A DNA stretch of 25,835 nt, taken from contig CBFDTJ010000013.1 in the NCBI GenBank assembly GCA_965612865.1, positions 1 through 25,835 on the forward strand. Reading direction: 5' to 3'. Of this stretch, positions 18,001 through 21,870 are shown in pieces. This DNA is from an uncultured bacterium (GTDB taxonomy: Bacteria > Caldisericota > Caldisericia > B22-G15). The notes below the pieces were generated by a model that ran no database searches, was not told where the DNA came from, and was given only the letters and a program-made list of their open reading frames with translations. Position 1 is the stretch's first letter; every line of letters starts with the position of its first letter. The translations under genes and the position numbers were made by a program.

Positions 18001-20167
18001 TATAGACCCCATCCAAAACTTCCGTGGTATCCCATATCCCATTATTCCACCCAGATATTAAATCACTTCCCGAACTTAGTAAAGAAGCATCTCCATATAG
18101 CTTATATTCATGATATCTCTCCGAAGCAGAACCAGTCATTTTTACATAGCCATAGATTATATCCTGCTTTGTTGTTTTATCACTCTTTGCTATTGTCTTA
18201 AATTCTATTCTATACATCTCCTGGCCGTCTATTAAATAATTAGCTGAATATATCCCGTAAGTATTTGTTATCCATTGATTTTGACTGTCCCTTGCTAAAA
18301 CTGTAAACTTTACATTCCCTTCAACCGGAGAAATGGCACTGTTTGGTTTATATATTCCCGCATCTTCTATCAGGTTTATTTCTTGAACTCTAGCATCATT
18401 TTGATCATATATTTTTATTTTCTTAAAATATGGATATCCATCATCAAAATGTTTATCATCTTGAAAGCAATAAATTAATGGATTAATATAAACATCTCCT
18501 TCTTTTACCTCATAATGTAGATGATTTTTAGAATCCGTTTCTGCTAATATATCACCCTTATAAATTACTTGTCCAGGTACTGATAACTGCTTGTTTTGTA
18601 TATGAATATAAGCTGTTTTTGTATCAAATACTCCTTCATGACTAAGAATAACAAAATCATTACCAATATCCCCATCACTCCTTATATACCCCTTATCAGC
18701 AGCATAAATTTTTGTACCTTTTGAGCCATCAATATCAATCCCTGTATGAAACCGCGTTGGTATACCGTCTGCAACAGGGCGTGGATCACCAAATACACTA
18801 TTAATCTGAGTATGTTCCCAATCCATTGGCCATCTTAACCACAGAATTGGCGGGTCAAATCCAAGATAATAATAACTTTCCACTTCTACCTTCTCATTGT
18901 ATGGATCTTGGGCAGATATTTTTACTCTTATCTGATCATAAACTAAATTATTCTCGTCATTCGGAATTTTTACTGTAAAAGAATAATCTCCAGTTGACTG
19001 ACCAGTAAGTGTCGCCGAAGAAATAGGAATTCCACTCCTTATATTTTTTACTTCCCATTCCACTTTCATAACATTTCCGTCAGATATAGAATAATTGAAG
19101 GTTACCTCCTCTCCAGGGTCTATATTATCGCCATCTATAACAGGCTCAAGAATTGTTACTACTGGTTGGGTAGTGTCATTGGGAATTCCTTTTTTAGTAT
19201 CCGAATAATAGCTCCTATTCCCTGCATTATCCTCTGCCTGAACTCTAAAATAATATCTAACTCCTGTTATCAAACCTTTTGCTGTATAGTAATTATTTGT
19301 TGTGGTATCTTCCTGTTTATTCTGTGTAAACTCACTATCAGTCGCCCATTCAACTTTGTAATGTTTCACTCCACTCCCTGTATCTGTTGAACTATTCCAT
19401 GTTAAATTTAACTCTACTCCTGTCCCCGGGTCTGTTATATTTAGATTTGAAGGAGTTGTAGGTGGTTGAGTATCTTTTTTAAATGTTATACTATCAGAAG
19501 CACTTAACCCAACTTTATCATAAACCCTGATATAAATTGTATTACTTCCTTCACTTAAACTTGACCAGGGAACTCCCCAGTTTGTTGTATATGAATAGCA
19601 ATCAGTTGTAAAAATATTTATCCATGCTCCATCAGAACCGATTTTATATTGAGCATAATCCAATCCGCTTTCATAATTCCCCTCTTCATCAACATCCACA
19701 AAATCTACATCTATTACATTCCCGGGATCAGATTTATACCATCCAGTAGTTGGGTATTGAGATTGCCAAACCTCTATAGTAGGATTTGTAGTATCATAAG
19801 GATATGTTATTGTCAACTTACATTCTGATGAACTCCCTCCATAAGAACTCTTTACTATTATATAGTAAGTCTCTGTTCCAGAAGGAGATACTGAATATGA
19901 TATGCTTTCATCTAAGTTGCCCGGATTTCTTGACGAAGCCACTTCATTAAATCCTGCGTCCAAAAGTTCCAAATCATAATTACATCCCTCAGGAATATTT
20001 TCAAGAGTAACAGAAATATTGCCGGTATAATTAACTTGTTTAGTATATGATTTTGAATCATTATCTCCCCCAAGTGTAAAGTAATAAATATCTGTATCAG
20101 CGTCTATGTTGGTATTCCATAAGAATAAATAAGTAAAAATCAAGAATAATTTAATTTTTAACTTCAT
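1..20167 (-). CDS. Giant secreted multidomain surface protein (>=6722 aa, 3' end beyond the window): PPC-like, FN3, M23 peptidase, ZU5-like x2, Kelch, FlgD-like Ig, NHL-like, ConA-like and many Ig-like repeats
   Basis: ATG at 20167-20165 overlaps the TGA of the 535-aa ORF. N-terminus MKLKIKLFLIFTYLFLWNTNIDA looks like a signal peptide. Manual translation stays open in one frame down to ...YLDNTAPVSELEAGSPKYQEGEDLYVSTKTTYY at the window edge. The ORF track lists no stop-terminated ORF in this frame, which agrees with an ORF open to the edge. Confidence 0.95.
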   Translation of the reverse strand, partial: MKLKIKLFLIFTYLFLWNTNIDADTDIYYFTLGGDNDSKSYTKQVNYTGNISVTLENIPEGCNYDLELLDAGFNEVASSRNPGNLDESISYSVSPSGTETYYIIVKSSYGGSSSECKLTITYPYDTTNPTIEVWQSQYPTTGWYKSDPGNVIDVDFVDVDEEGNYESGLDYAQYKIGSDGAWINIFTTDCYSYTTNWGVPWSSLSEGSNTIYIRVYDKVGLSASDSITFKKDTQPPTTPSNLNITDPGTGVELNLTWNSSTDTGSGVKHYKVEWATDSEFTQNKQEDTTTNNYYTAKGLITGVRYYFRVQAEDNAGNRSYYSDTKKGIPNDTTQPVVTILEPVIDGDNIDPGEEVTFNYSISDGNVMKVEWEVKNIRSGIPISSATLTGQSTGDYSFTVKIPNDENNLVYDQIRVKISAQDPYNEKVEVESYYYLGFDPPILWLRWPMDWEHTQINSVFGDPRPVADGIPTRFHTGIDIDGSKGTKIYAADKGYIRSDGDIGNDFVILSHEGVFDTKTAYIHIQNKQLSVPGQVIYKGDILAETDSKNHLHYEVKEGDVYINPLIYCFQDDKHFDDGYPYFKKIKIYDQNDARVQEINLIEDAGIYKPNSAISPVEGNVKFTVLARDSQNQWITNTYGIYSANYLIDGQEMYRIEFKTIAKSDKTTKQDIIYGYVKMTGSASERYHEYKLYGDASLLSSGSDLISGWNNGIWDTTEVLDGVYTLTVNISDVDNHQATAELEIIVDNDKTPEITTMTITSAGIELNKDENERYWIPLGVSEIEVGTSEQMEELNFEVEAKGILESLYRDITDRIKYTGSLIIDGNTPNGLTKIIITGKDMAGNPASGEYYVVIDTIPVATTELPQEGTAGVVSQVISISTKAVEVKAWYSPETEFCLENDFIGLTDKDRIYYKTETDVDYLLYTQPLTFSSGTHRISYYAIDFAGNKSREIEMEINVDGTPPDVKIIVEGKIDKGYVYEDYYYRITATDNESGVKEIKVKIDDGDWVSYEADEVREQFLLGLSSGVHHIYFYAIDNVGNESNISTYPAVLPHPPELVEFPDNNAEGGLWFSWRQRGEGEDYRKFDYKIIVSGIEEKEEEEHHSKEGQGGVGKGPILIRYSRNQFVKVRAKWEDNCFAGIMFNRPTTMYILWAVIGENYYYKKIKDISAGEWVNIGDTEWWGYVFPSWGEETFYFEVPAGETQFWLWADGATYEIFGEDISYGAANIWVNYWTEYILTGEKEYKDQYVSNNSIYERGNIEILLKRGDGSSPQGEIISGNVDIAYQYPEDINIKVENIRINQERKSLFFNLKATTTFGGVFDIGKSGYNYLSSPDEVKRIQIWPEIEGDIWTSYRRRSSWMIEGPFYPDTEQNNPEYIFEWNGDDTKDDFLLLNVNADTFTVRLNPEVKSGHVYIPIKGWAPFVTGTDVSYYRVEYSTDKVTWYLIKESDIPVLEEDYLGFWDVTGFNGKYYVRLIVNEVVKDTITVLIGTEVHPSGGIVKDPWGNVQVELKNGWYDTTQYITITPISTTTFKDIADNPPEGDYFVIGGYVYEFKPTLKFNEPPPGFYNAYLTMRYREEDLPLDEKTGERIEESTETIKIYHYVFEEKKWEALENATIDVVNNTITAPISCFSYYFLSPTVDEKAPASPGDLTADGRKEASWKCDGVYVIDWKNPVDFSGIKGAYWKVGTPPENNEDGVYTEEKPFTARTFLHGENPLYLWLKDRAGNVDYRNNASIILRYDGTPPEVPLIEVEKDRVNSGEALIANFSSQDPESGIDSYEYAVGMNGGGYLGSWEKSYTQPEGVCFFNVYNGYAYRVEGKRVYYGKVDSGGNISYWQEVEPLPVEDISRFSVSISNGWIYILGGLKRENGEYKVSDDIFYARINQDGSISTPWKAGKLFSPLQYHSFAVKDNRIYVIGGIDGEWKWRKDVYFAYVDSETGDLSFWNRTIPLPEERAQSVATVINDKIYVFGGYNKEWKKSNQVFYTEIDSSTGHLSIWHPTVSLPDGIANGKLAVLENDIYLKVDNIFYHSKVLSDGRIGIWTEIASDIPQDINWGFSVVRHFTGRKECVYLLGGYNTQEVYKGELKETNNIWNFYFEKQEPLDGKIYDAAAISYAGKIYLFGGRDINGYPVNKVYYTVPELDGRITDWRETTALPASKSGHVAVVCRDRIYILGGSNREVYWTRPSPDGEIKYWIMIDNLPQDVLKNFGAGVYRNFIYIVGGYPWSNKVYRGEVLEDGSLRKGWEEVGLLPVSFLKSYSVVVAGNKIYVIGGEEENLMDKVIFAEIDENGNIGDWKETTLLPEPMKGIKTLVLGDKIFLFGGENNEGKKRDIFYTGISSGDENLVNWQESRVGSVSVSGEGLIPGESYYFKVKARNGAGRWSEIMTSKGIKVNLPLPEVVSLKLLDRDTDSEKYTNERNIKIRIKSSDFCTQVRVSENSELLGASWQPLYYELPFLLSEEDGLKTVYVQVEDLEGKKSVAVSKSILLDTRSPSVRILTPSEGEVVSREVEIRVEAKDDGSGIEKVWFIIDGSTRSVNENKEGEYFVYKWQTKREKEGVHTISVKAVDRAGNISAVVSLNVKVDNVPFRITCAGVDPATFNPYYGEKTVIFFNTTEEGRININIEGHPVISDFKSRGGINCVEWNGEGFVSGVYKGVISGVSLTNPDQFHSKEFKVRIDTGIPYIEIFYDLSWQEQEYYPEENEIGAGIVYRISGVFPEYEKEKILESHNIILKGRDDILLYDSGWQEYEEGKSRTWYKVTLPEGVVPSPGIFKFEIQARRREFPYLMGNSKSVISIIDWLEKPVEWGEIQCEEIPEKEIPEEMWKALSDLGEYVYLESNLYRYTPENLSFTREHPYCIDIPYTDDKYGGALRIYRFDNEENKWIKVSYQFVDKYNHRIVGEVEKPGVFALLNVVDEEPPVISNLVATPAEFSPNRDGINEVSTITFHLADNESEYIPWLSVRVFNNENECIRTIFEDLRGEKGVNEVVWNGLDDRGRIVPQGEYRIRIKATDLFGNTAEAEIPVRVEYEYIVDNTPPTMPVVEDEGDFTPSTDELYCQWYSFDPYPGSGIMDNQFRIYSIIPRGIGKWTLTGYHLPPLREEVKAVICNDFIYIIGAERYADNEELVRVDFNRIQSDGLINPDTWKRTLDVPEKMSRFSALSYRGYIYLIAGYYTNKVYYTKPDPLTGEIKNWQTASPLPVETLYESSAFIFSNRIYVTGGLYTETEEVYGWPVTEVYPEYRIYFSAPINEDGSIGEWVISGISLPQTGYYRYAAGFGDKIYILEEDRIFFAEIDPVTGDITGEWIEGPQLPERLWAHTMFTWRDVLYIFGGYNLDTNEVSNRIYYARIRGDGSLEDWQVDYLPGGRYFHDVVVRGKDIYLIDGYDGEGEKYAIYKAPILEDYNIVKNWTSVGEEQSVFLQNLNLEAGKRYYFDVITINRGNLISAVGSSDGILVGMPVLVRVENVEVRNPGVGKALVITWQKVSGGVAGYRIYMSTQKVGGYRLIATQSADSNQCYITDLIDGKKYFFRVAAFDSKLREGPKSFPASGIPLDEIPPASISDLQAIASDEGNVVLSWRATGDNGIQGNIIGGKYWLKYSDMKEILNDGEWEIAPYELLWDTDTVPGQIERIVVSGLTSGLTYYFALRLQDEAGNWSGISNCIGVKAGRDSTPPITELEFVDGKQYPTSDGHYASRDTKIKFIAVDPWGEYIPSGVEKTFYRINNGEWILYSKPFILEEGINLIEFYSQDRYGNKEEIKDRKVYTDATGPVCEVKAGYPGYEREGVIYISSSTPIEILATDPEVKGVASGVDIIYYSVNQGEWKEYEHPIYFTQEGSYIVSAYAVDRLGNKGEIFTGKEFRVDTTPPVFSGVLVYPWPEVGLEEATILFLVSEDLKEPPEVYVGEKRAQYVTYDSEIRRYHYKYQVTPQDLPGVYTITIKGKDLVDNEGMDTSGRINISWEDNTSPVSNLIIGKPVLTGNIVGLNTPFTIETSDDLSGVKEIHYAFDDEWNIVAGTKAVFTITSSKKPYTLKIKNFEIANLEYREPEKWLYVALPDRIVRMKTDGSEKTEIASGKFWGANRVWYDGNYIYVADASYYVRRMLPDGSNFQYEHHSGIRSIAVDQEENMYILYSDYIRKQKFGEWWNYESLYYWALNNGIDIDYDPEENKLYVLDRGYRRIYKMNPDGSGYSYYYNYKLKDMYGLDYNPRDGSIYLTNYWGCYIVKTKMDGSIWQTYGKWGRGGPGQFYCPYDIAVDPDTDELYVSDYYNDRIVKTKIDGSIWQVIANVSRPRGIMFTQGKASVSGESLSEVIDVGEEVLCRYIYWSASPGIVGLRIRTGNTPVPDYSWSDWSELYSSQGERAICPLERYIQIKAEFFVEGDSPPQLEEVRLKVIPLTEIRYFSKDYWGNTEAEQSTEVFLDNEPPAKVRNFRGSIWGVDDVSLSWIKNQERDLGGYYIYRDGERIRTVSADIEHITDKNVSLGRHEYKITAFDLVGNESEPAIVTVEIKDTQPPVTVVKTSGDLYNRDGINYAPLNFYYWLESKDTLSGVDYIEVNIDEMGYIVYTTSITFTEEGLHTIRYRAVDKAGNWESEKVFTVYVDTTPPESMVYFTGTYYRIDDKVYLNKNTKVSIQAQDIYKDTYASGVNQILYRLNGGEWHVYSDPVSVTQDVYLFEYRSIDNVGNEEIIKSFEVSFDTVAPVTEIAVYGPWYEKEGIWISSLTPVGFVPTDNIEVKVTRFQIDGGEWQSYTSPLYFQVKKIVPSVISDMKDWQSGEFSNTFLKGDKITLSQNLSTVYVAKGNKIIRCKMDGSEWKTYTEPWDFYNLYGIYYDRNSGYFYLSDYGRNYVYRYKNRRVYRIFYIHQPTGLDVDVAGGYYYVAEERYGRIAKRKIGGYATNFLGGFNSPKGIDYDPNTGFIYVADYGNHRIVRTKIDGSGWKTLGKYGEGIGEFASPMDVSYDPEEDVIYVADRFNFRVVKTNMSGTIWEVMDKRPDGKEYLCPMSVFYDTLNDYLYIRSYGDLIKTRWDGSEWMILEGAGGEIFVDVIPETYVTSGEFISTIFDAGALVTWENIEWESEVPPGTSLTFYTRTGNASQPDSTWSDWSSPYTQTGAKITSPPGRYIQYKVVFVTEDNNVSPVLKQVILRGSEQVKDKYEISYYSEDIFGNQEEIKRVTIRVDEIPPQAPAGLGYEVLNINTVKLFWQPNTEEDLAGYYIYRDGEKLNQKPYKFTVYYDTEAVAGIVQSYWITAVDKAGNESAPSDKVFVITIPDDIPPISEISLTEPVFIKEDRKYAVITSSFVVTATDNLSGVSYIEYMVDAGPITIYKEPFFISEEGEHIIQYHAVDRAGNEEEIREYQIYLDGTPPTTSVEMRGPQYVKDNVVYVTTHTLFYFVSDDGSGAGVWKTEYSLDQGENWYVYVREFRIDSEDIEKLLYRSKDFVGNLESTRTLNISLDTVPPRTDLVVGEPRYEDLSNVYISTRTSLAFVGEDAGSGLKEIKYRIGGGEWKVYTVPVKLAEEGVVTVEWYGIDYLGNEESIHSRVIIVDTTPPVVLVGLGEPQYENYITSKTEVNLYSQDKGVIPAGLEKLEYRIEGGEWRKYTQPITLTGDDGERIIEYRAEDKVENVFSGSITLYLDCTPPDVEISFSPPYYIASRNWISSYTHISLRADDGEGSGIRRIEYQIDEGSWQEYQKAFSLNEEGSYELKVRACDNLGNQSSVDICKLTVDNSEPVSFLEIGMPRYKNYISSHTELTIISRDQGIYPCGVEASFYRINQGDWQLYEFPFRIEGEEGSYRVDFWTEDYLENIEIFKSSTVILDRTPPETHLFASRLLYNDGEKDYANNMDFFAFQSTDSLSGVKEIFFSINDLPYEEYISSFSFNEEGVYQIKYYAIDNVLNQEKEKIYKVLIDTTPPEVIRILTFPDVVSLEEVDIYFLVSEDLLRNPEVLINSRPATFVSHSSPYHYRYIVTKEDPEGETVIWVKMEDLAGNKSIDTSGRFIIDYTPPEITIESPREGERYIATLDKIKIDYLIKDNLDPYPTGYAWLKHLEKGTTVAVNLGEEIEPGDLDYGFWQLYVKARDWAFNQIISTSGTFEVIHDLLPPRTEIQISTPKYWEEPVFVNRTTLFTLKAEDDLLTVGDGEGLGVDRTYYRIDNGTVSIYTAPFNLSKEGVHKIEYHSVDVVGNEEEIHTLEVVLDTSPPLSILKPGSPHLEWQEKFLLTSYTPFLIKARDNLSGIKQTFYRLDYGFDEIYVGSFILGERKRTSWKDEFNLQELSSEWEWLRENNENWTLREEREFLIIYTDYGSLKEVNNNQQNILLRSTLYSEESWAVETKLEFSPRIKGQEAGIYIYQDDDNYLKLVKGYENGKKIIAGKEVNGEYEEIVNDINWINVDFIYLKVKKKGNYNFYYSTDGLNWSKIGEYEFLESNLKAGLGATNGEDFTSQSIPAKFDYFSLYGIEDIKREEGEHLITYYSIDNVENKEEEKVLKVYLDDSPPEITIISPKGGEEFIAKKNLIEISFNITDAGPYEYTAYLEVVEAEDESKIGEKYYVKLVDKIEPLDLPTYGFYVLKIEAEDWAGHRSEVSSGRFEVIWDIQPPRTTISHGEPDYVVDGSTYITSETPITLTAVDDLVEVGDGIGLGVDKTWYRVSSKQIAESSWEIYEGTFTIVGEDGIYYVDYYSVDVIGNTELTKRATYYLDNTAPVSELEAGSPKYQEGEDLYVSTKTTYY
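815..1400 (-). other. Domain of giant protein: concanavalin A-like lectin/glucanase (beta-xylosidase C-terminal-like)
   Basis: WKDEFNLQELSSEWEWLRE...NILLR...WAVETKLEF...QEAGIYIYQDDDNYLKL...IYLKVKK...FYYSTDGLNWSKIG...KAGLGA...AKFDYF. Confidence 0.8.
2462..4372 (-). repeat. Seven tandem ~90-aa Ig-like repeats (OmpL47-type) within giant protein
   Basis: Units start DDIPP, DGTPP, DTVPP, DTTPP, DCTPP, DNSEP and DRTPP. They share (S/A/C)G(V/L/I)...Y.I..G.W..Y..P(F/I)...EG...I.Y...D..(G/E)N.E. Further copies occur near 17050-17600, 8590-9170, 6095-6655 and 1-1900. Similarity is at protein level; the DNA is diverged. Confidence 0.85.
4735..5910 (-). other. Domain of giant protein: NHL-like beta-propeller plus 'WSDWS' beta-sandwich (module 2)
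   Basis: FNSPKGIDYDPNTGFIYVADYGNHRIV and GEFASPMDVSYDPEEDVIYVADRFNFRVV are canonical NHL blades. Then YVTSGEFISTIFDAG...RTGNASQPDSTWSDWS...GRYIQYKV...SPVLKQVIL. Confidence 0.82.
6995..8100 (-). other. Domain of giant protein: NHL/YWTD-like beta-propeller plus 'WSDWS' beta-sandwich (module 1)
   Basis: Blades WLYVA, YIYVAD, IAVDQEENMYIL, DYDPEENKLYVLD, DYNPRDGSIYLT, GQFYCPYDIAVDPDTDELYVSDYYNDRIV. Then SGESLSEVIDVG...RTGNTPVPDYSWSDWS...RYIQIKAEF...PQLEEVRL. Confidence 0.8.
9180..9790 (-). other. Domains of giant protein: two tandem FN3-like domains
   Basis: LVITWQKVSGGVAGYRIY...ITDLIDGKKYFFRVAAFD and DEIPPASISDL...VVLSWRATGDNG...VSGLTSGLTYYFALRLQDEAGNWS. Confidence 0.75.
9975..10920 (-). repeat. 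Domain of giant protein: six Kelch-type blades (block 2)
   Basis: FIYIIGA, YIYLIAG, RIYVTGG, KIYILEE, VLYIFGG, DIYLIDG, each preceded by W...(L/V)P and followed by (V/I)(Y/F)(Y/F)...DG/TG. Confidence 0.85.
11095..12420 (-). other. Domains of giant protein: FlgD-like Ig (~12130-12420), ZU5-like 2 (~11435-11760), FlgD-like Ig (~11095-11425)
   Basis: TFNPYYGEKTVIFF...VEWNGEGFVSGVY; LYRYTPENLSF...IDIPY...LRIYRFDNEENKWIKV...VDKYNHRIVGEVEKPGVFAL; EFSPNRDGINEVSTITFHL...VWNGLDDRGRIVPQGEYRIRIKATD. Confidence 0.7.
13160..14820 (-). repeat. Domain of giant protein: about 11 Kelch-type blades (block 1)
   Basis: Repeated W...LP.......IY(I/V)(L/I/F)GG...V(Y/F)Y...(D)G.I units, e.g. WIYILGG, RIYVIGG, KIYVFGG, VYLLGG, KIYLFGG, RIYILGG, FIYIVGG, KIYVIGG, KIFLFGG, plus two degenerate blades. 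Confidence 0.85.
15266..15710 (-). other. Domain of giant protein: ZU5-like domain 1
   Basis: SGGIVKDPWGNVQVEL...ITITPI...VYEFKPTLKFNEP...LTMRYREEDLP...KIYHY...KKWEALENATIDVVNNTITAPISCFSYYFL follows the bacterial ZU5-like pattern that normally ends in HFS. Confidence 0.6.
18470..18840 (-). other. Domain of giant protein: M23 family Zn-metallopeptidase (LytM/lysostaphin-like)
   Basis: RWPM...INSVFGDPR...RFHTGIDI (HxxxD at 18734-18748)...KIYAADKG...TAYIHI...GQVIYKGDILAET...HLHYEV (HxH at 18515-18523)...INPL. Confidence 0.9.
19180..19473 (-). other. Domain of giant protein: fibronectin type III
   Basis: DTQPPTTPSNLNI...LNLTWNSSTDTGSGVKHYKVEW...YTAKGLITGVRYYFRVQAEDNAGNRS. Confidence 0.8.
19800..20095 (-). 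other. Domain of giant protein: PPC-like (pre-peptidase C-terminal type) beta-sandwich
   Basis: GNISVTLENIPEGCNYDLELLDAGFNEVASSRNPGNLDESISYSVSPSGTETYYIIVKS fits the PPC pattern (YDL.L.d.....vasS...g..dE.i......gtYYi.V). Confidence 0.7.
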
Positions 20168-21771
20168 TCCTTACTTTTTCCTTCTTCAAGTTTTTTCAAT
20201 ACCTCTGGATGAATGATTGGGAATCTTCTTAGTATCCTCTCTTTTCCCCGGATTAATGTTCCACCTCCAAAACCATCTTTTACTTCAATATACCATCTAT
20301 CTTTAACATAGGAGAGGTGCCCCATCAAATTGTGCTTCACTTCAAATTCAACTAACTCCATCTCAATCCTTGTCCCCATCCGTATATCAATATGATCTTT
20401 TATTTTCCTCTCAATCCTTTTAAGTTCTTTTAGCGCATGCTTATTTAATCCTCTTTCTTTAGCTGTCTCTCTAATTTCTCGTACTTTCTCTCTTAAATAC
20501 TTTAACATCTTCTTCTGCTGCTTTACTTCCTGTGGAATCTTTTTTTCTTCTATTATCGCTTTCTTTTTCTCTCTCAATTTTTCTAAAACCTTCCTCTGTT
20601 TTTTCAAAAATTCTTTTGCTCCTTTCACAGTGAATATATATTTCTCTACTTTCCCTTCATATTCTGTTGTTATAAATATCTTACTTCCATCCTCACTAAA
20701 TTTCATTTCTTTTACAGGGCAAACCACTATACTACTGCCACTCTTCAATCTTTTCCATCTCCATACATATCCTTCTATCGGAAGCATAATACTTCCAATC
20801 TTTTTTCCTGTTTTTACTTCATATATATCTATAAATGGCTTAATGAAATCTTCTAAATGAAAGGATAACTCTCTCTTTGATAATTTATCTTCACTAACTC
20901 CCATAATCCTGTAGTATTCTTTTACTAATTCTCTAGTTGGAAGATTTTTCCTTAATTCATCACTCTCAAAATGAGGAGGGCGTCGTAGAGCAGCTAAATA
21001 TTTTTCATCCGGACTATAACTTATCGCTCTACTCTTACAGATAAGCTTTTCTGCTTTGATACTAAAAACTATATAGGTTATTTTACCTTTCCTCTTTTCT
21101 TTGCCTATCATTAATTTCAGTTTTGGTGAAAATTCTAATGTATCTTTCTCTCCACCAAGAAAATGTCCTTCATATTCCATCTCTGAAACTAACTTACCTT
21201 TTTTGTTAATAACCAAAATATTAATAATCAATGGTGGAGGAACTAATTCCTGGGGATACAATACCAAACCTACTAATTCTCCTTGTTTAGAAATTCCTGC
21301 ACTTCCACTTGGATATCTCCCATATCGCTCTTTAAACCATTTAAGACTTTTTTCCCAAAGCACCTTAAGATTAACATTATCAAAAAGAATTATTTTTTCA
21401 TCTTCTGAATATCCACTAGGTCCCCAGGGCCTAATAAGAGTACAACTTTTATCCTCTGAAATGTAAATTCTAACATCCTCACATTCTTTTATAATTTTAC
21501 CGGTATTTTTATCAAACAATTTAAAATATTTTGCTTCATCAGCATATATCTTTTCTATCTTTAAATTTCTTGCAATTATTTCCTCCCTTTGAGGATTCAT
21601 TAATGCTTCTTCATATGCCTTGTATGCTTCAATATCAAAATTAGTCTTCTTTTGTGATGGAGAACCTGTCTTTCTCTCCTTTGCCACTTCACTTGTCTGT
21701 TCAGGTATCTCTTTCTTCTCAGCATAAACCGTCATCACAAAAATAAATAAAATCAAAATTATCTTCCTCAC
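20164..21771 (-). CDS. Secreted hypothetical protein with WD40/YVTN-like propeller repeats and a K/E-rich coiled-coil segment
   Basis: 535-aa ORF with GTG start preceded by GAGGAGG. Signal peptide MRKIILILFIFVMTVYA. Blade-like motifs KLFDKNTGKII, ILFDNVNLKVLW, LEFSPK, ISYSPDEKYLA, IDIYEVKTGKKI, MKFSEDGSKIFI. ATGA overlap with the giant gene. Confidence 0.8.
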   Translation of the reverse strand: MRKIILILFIFVMTVYAEKKEIPEQTSEVAKERKTGSPSQKKTNFDIEAYKAYEEALMNPQREEIIARNLKIEKIYADEAKYFKLFDKNTGKIIKECEDVRIYISEDKSCTLIRPWGPSGYSEDEKIILFDNVNLKVLWEKSLKWFKERYGRYPSGSAGISKQGELVGLVLYPQELVPPPLIINILVINKKGKLVSEMEYEGHFLGGEKDTLEFSPKLKLMIGKEKRKGKITYIVFSIKAEKLICKSRAISYSPDEKYLAALRRPPHFESDELRKNLPTRELVKEYYRIMGVSEDKLSKRELSFHLEDFIKPFIDIYEVKTGKKIGSIMLPIEGYVWRWKRLKSGSSIVVCPVKEMKFSEDGSKIFITTEYEGKVEKYIFTVKGAKEFLKKQRKVLEKLREKKKAIIEEKKIPQEVKQQKKMLKYLREKVREIRETAKERGLNKHALKELKRIERKIKDHIDIRMGTRIEMELVEFEVKHNLMGHLSYVKDRWYIEVKDGFGGGTLIRGKERILRRFPIIHPEVLKKLEEGKSKE

Positions 21772-21846
21772 TTTATCCTCCTCTTGATTTTTGGTTCGAA
21801 AAATGCATATTAATCCTTATCTTCCTCATTTTCCCTCTCACGGCTT

Positions 21847-21870
21847 CGTCATCCCGGGTTATTCCCGGGA
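21847..21870. repeat. GC-rich palindrome resembling a CGTC-tagged REP-like element
   Basis: CGTCA-TCCCGGG-TTATT-CCCGGGA: perfect 7-bp stem in an AT-rich intergenic region, preceded by CGTC. Confidence 0.45.

Noticed and set aside
193..19390. Numerous short plus-strand ORFs and three short minus-strand ORFs (4777-4968, 9403-9609, 14617-14817) in the track
   Set aside because: They overlap the giant ORF antisense or out of frame, have Leu/Ser/Phe/His-rich shadow composition and show no recognisable motifs.
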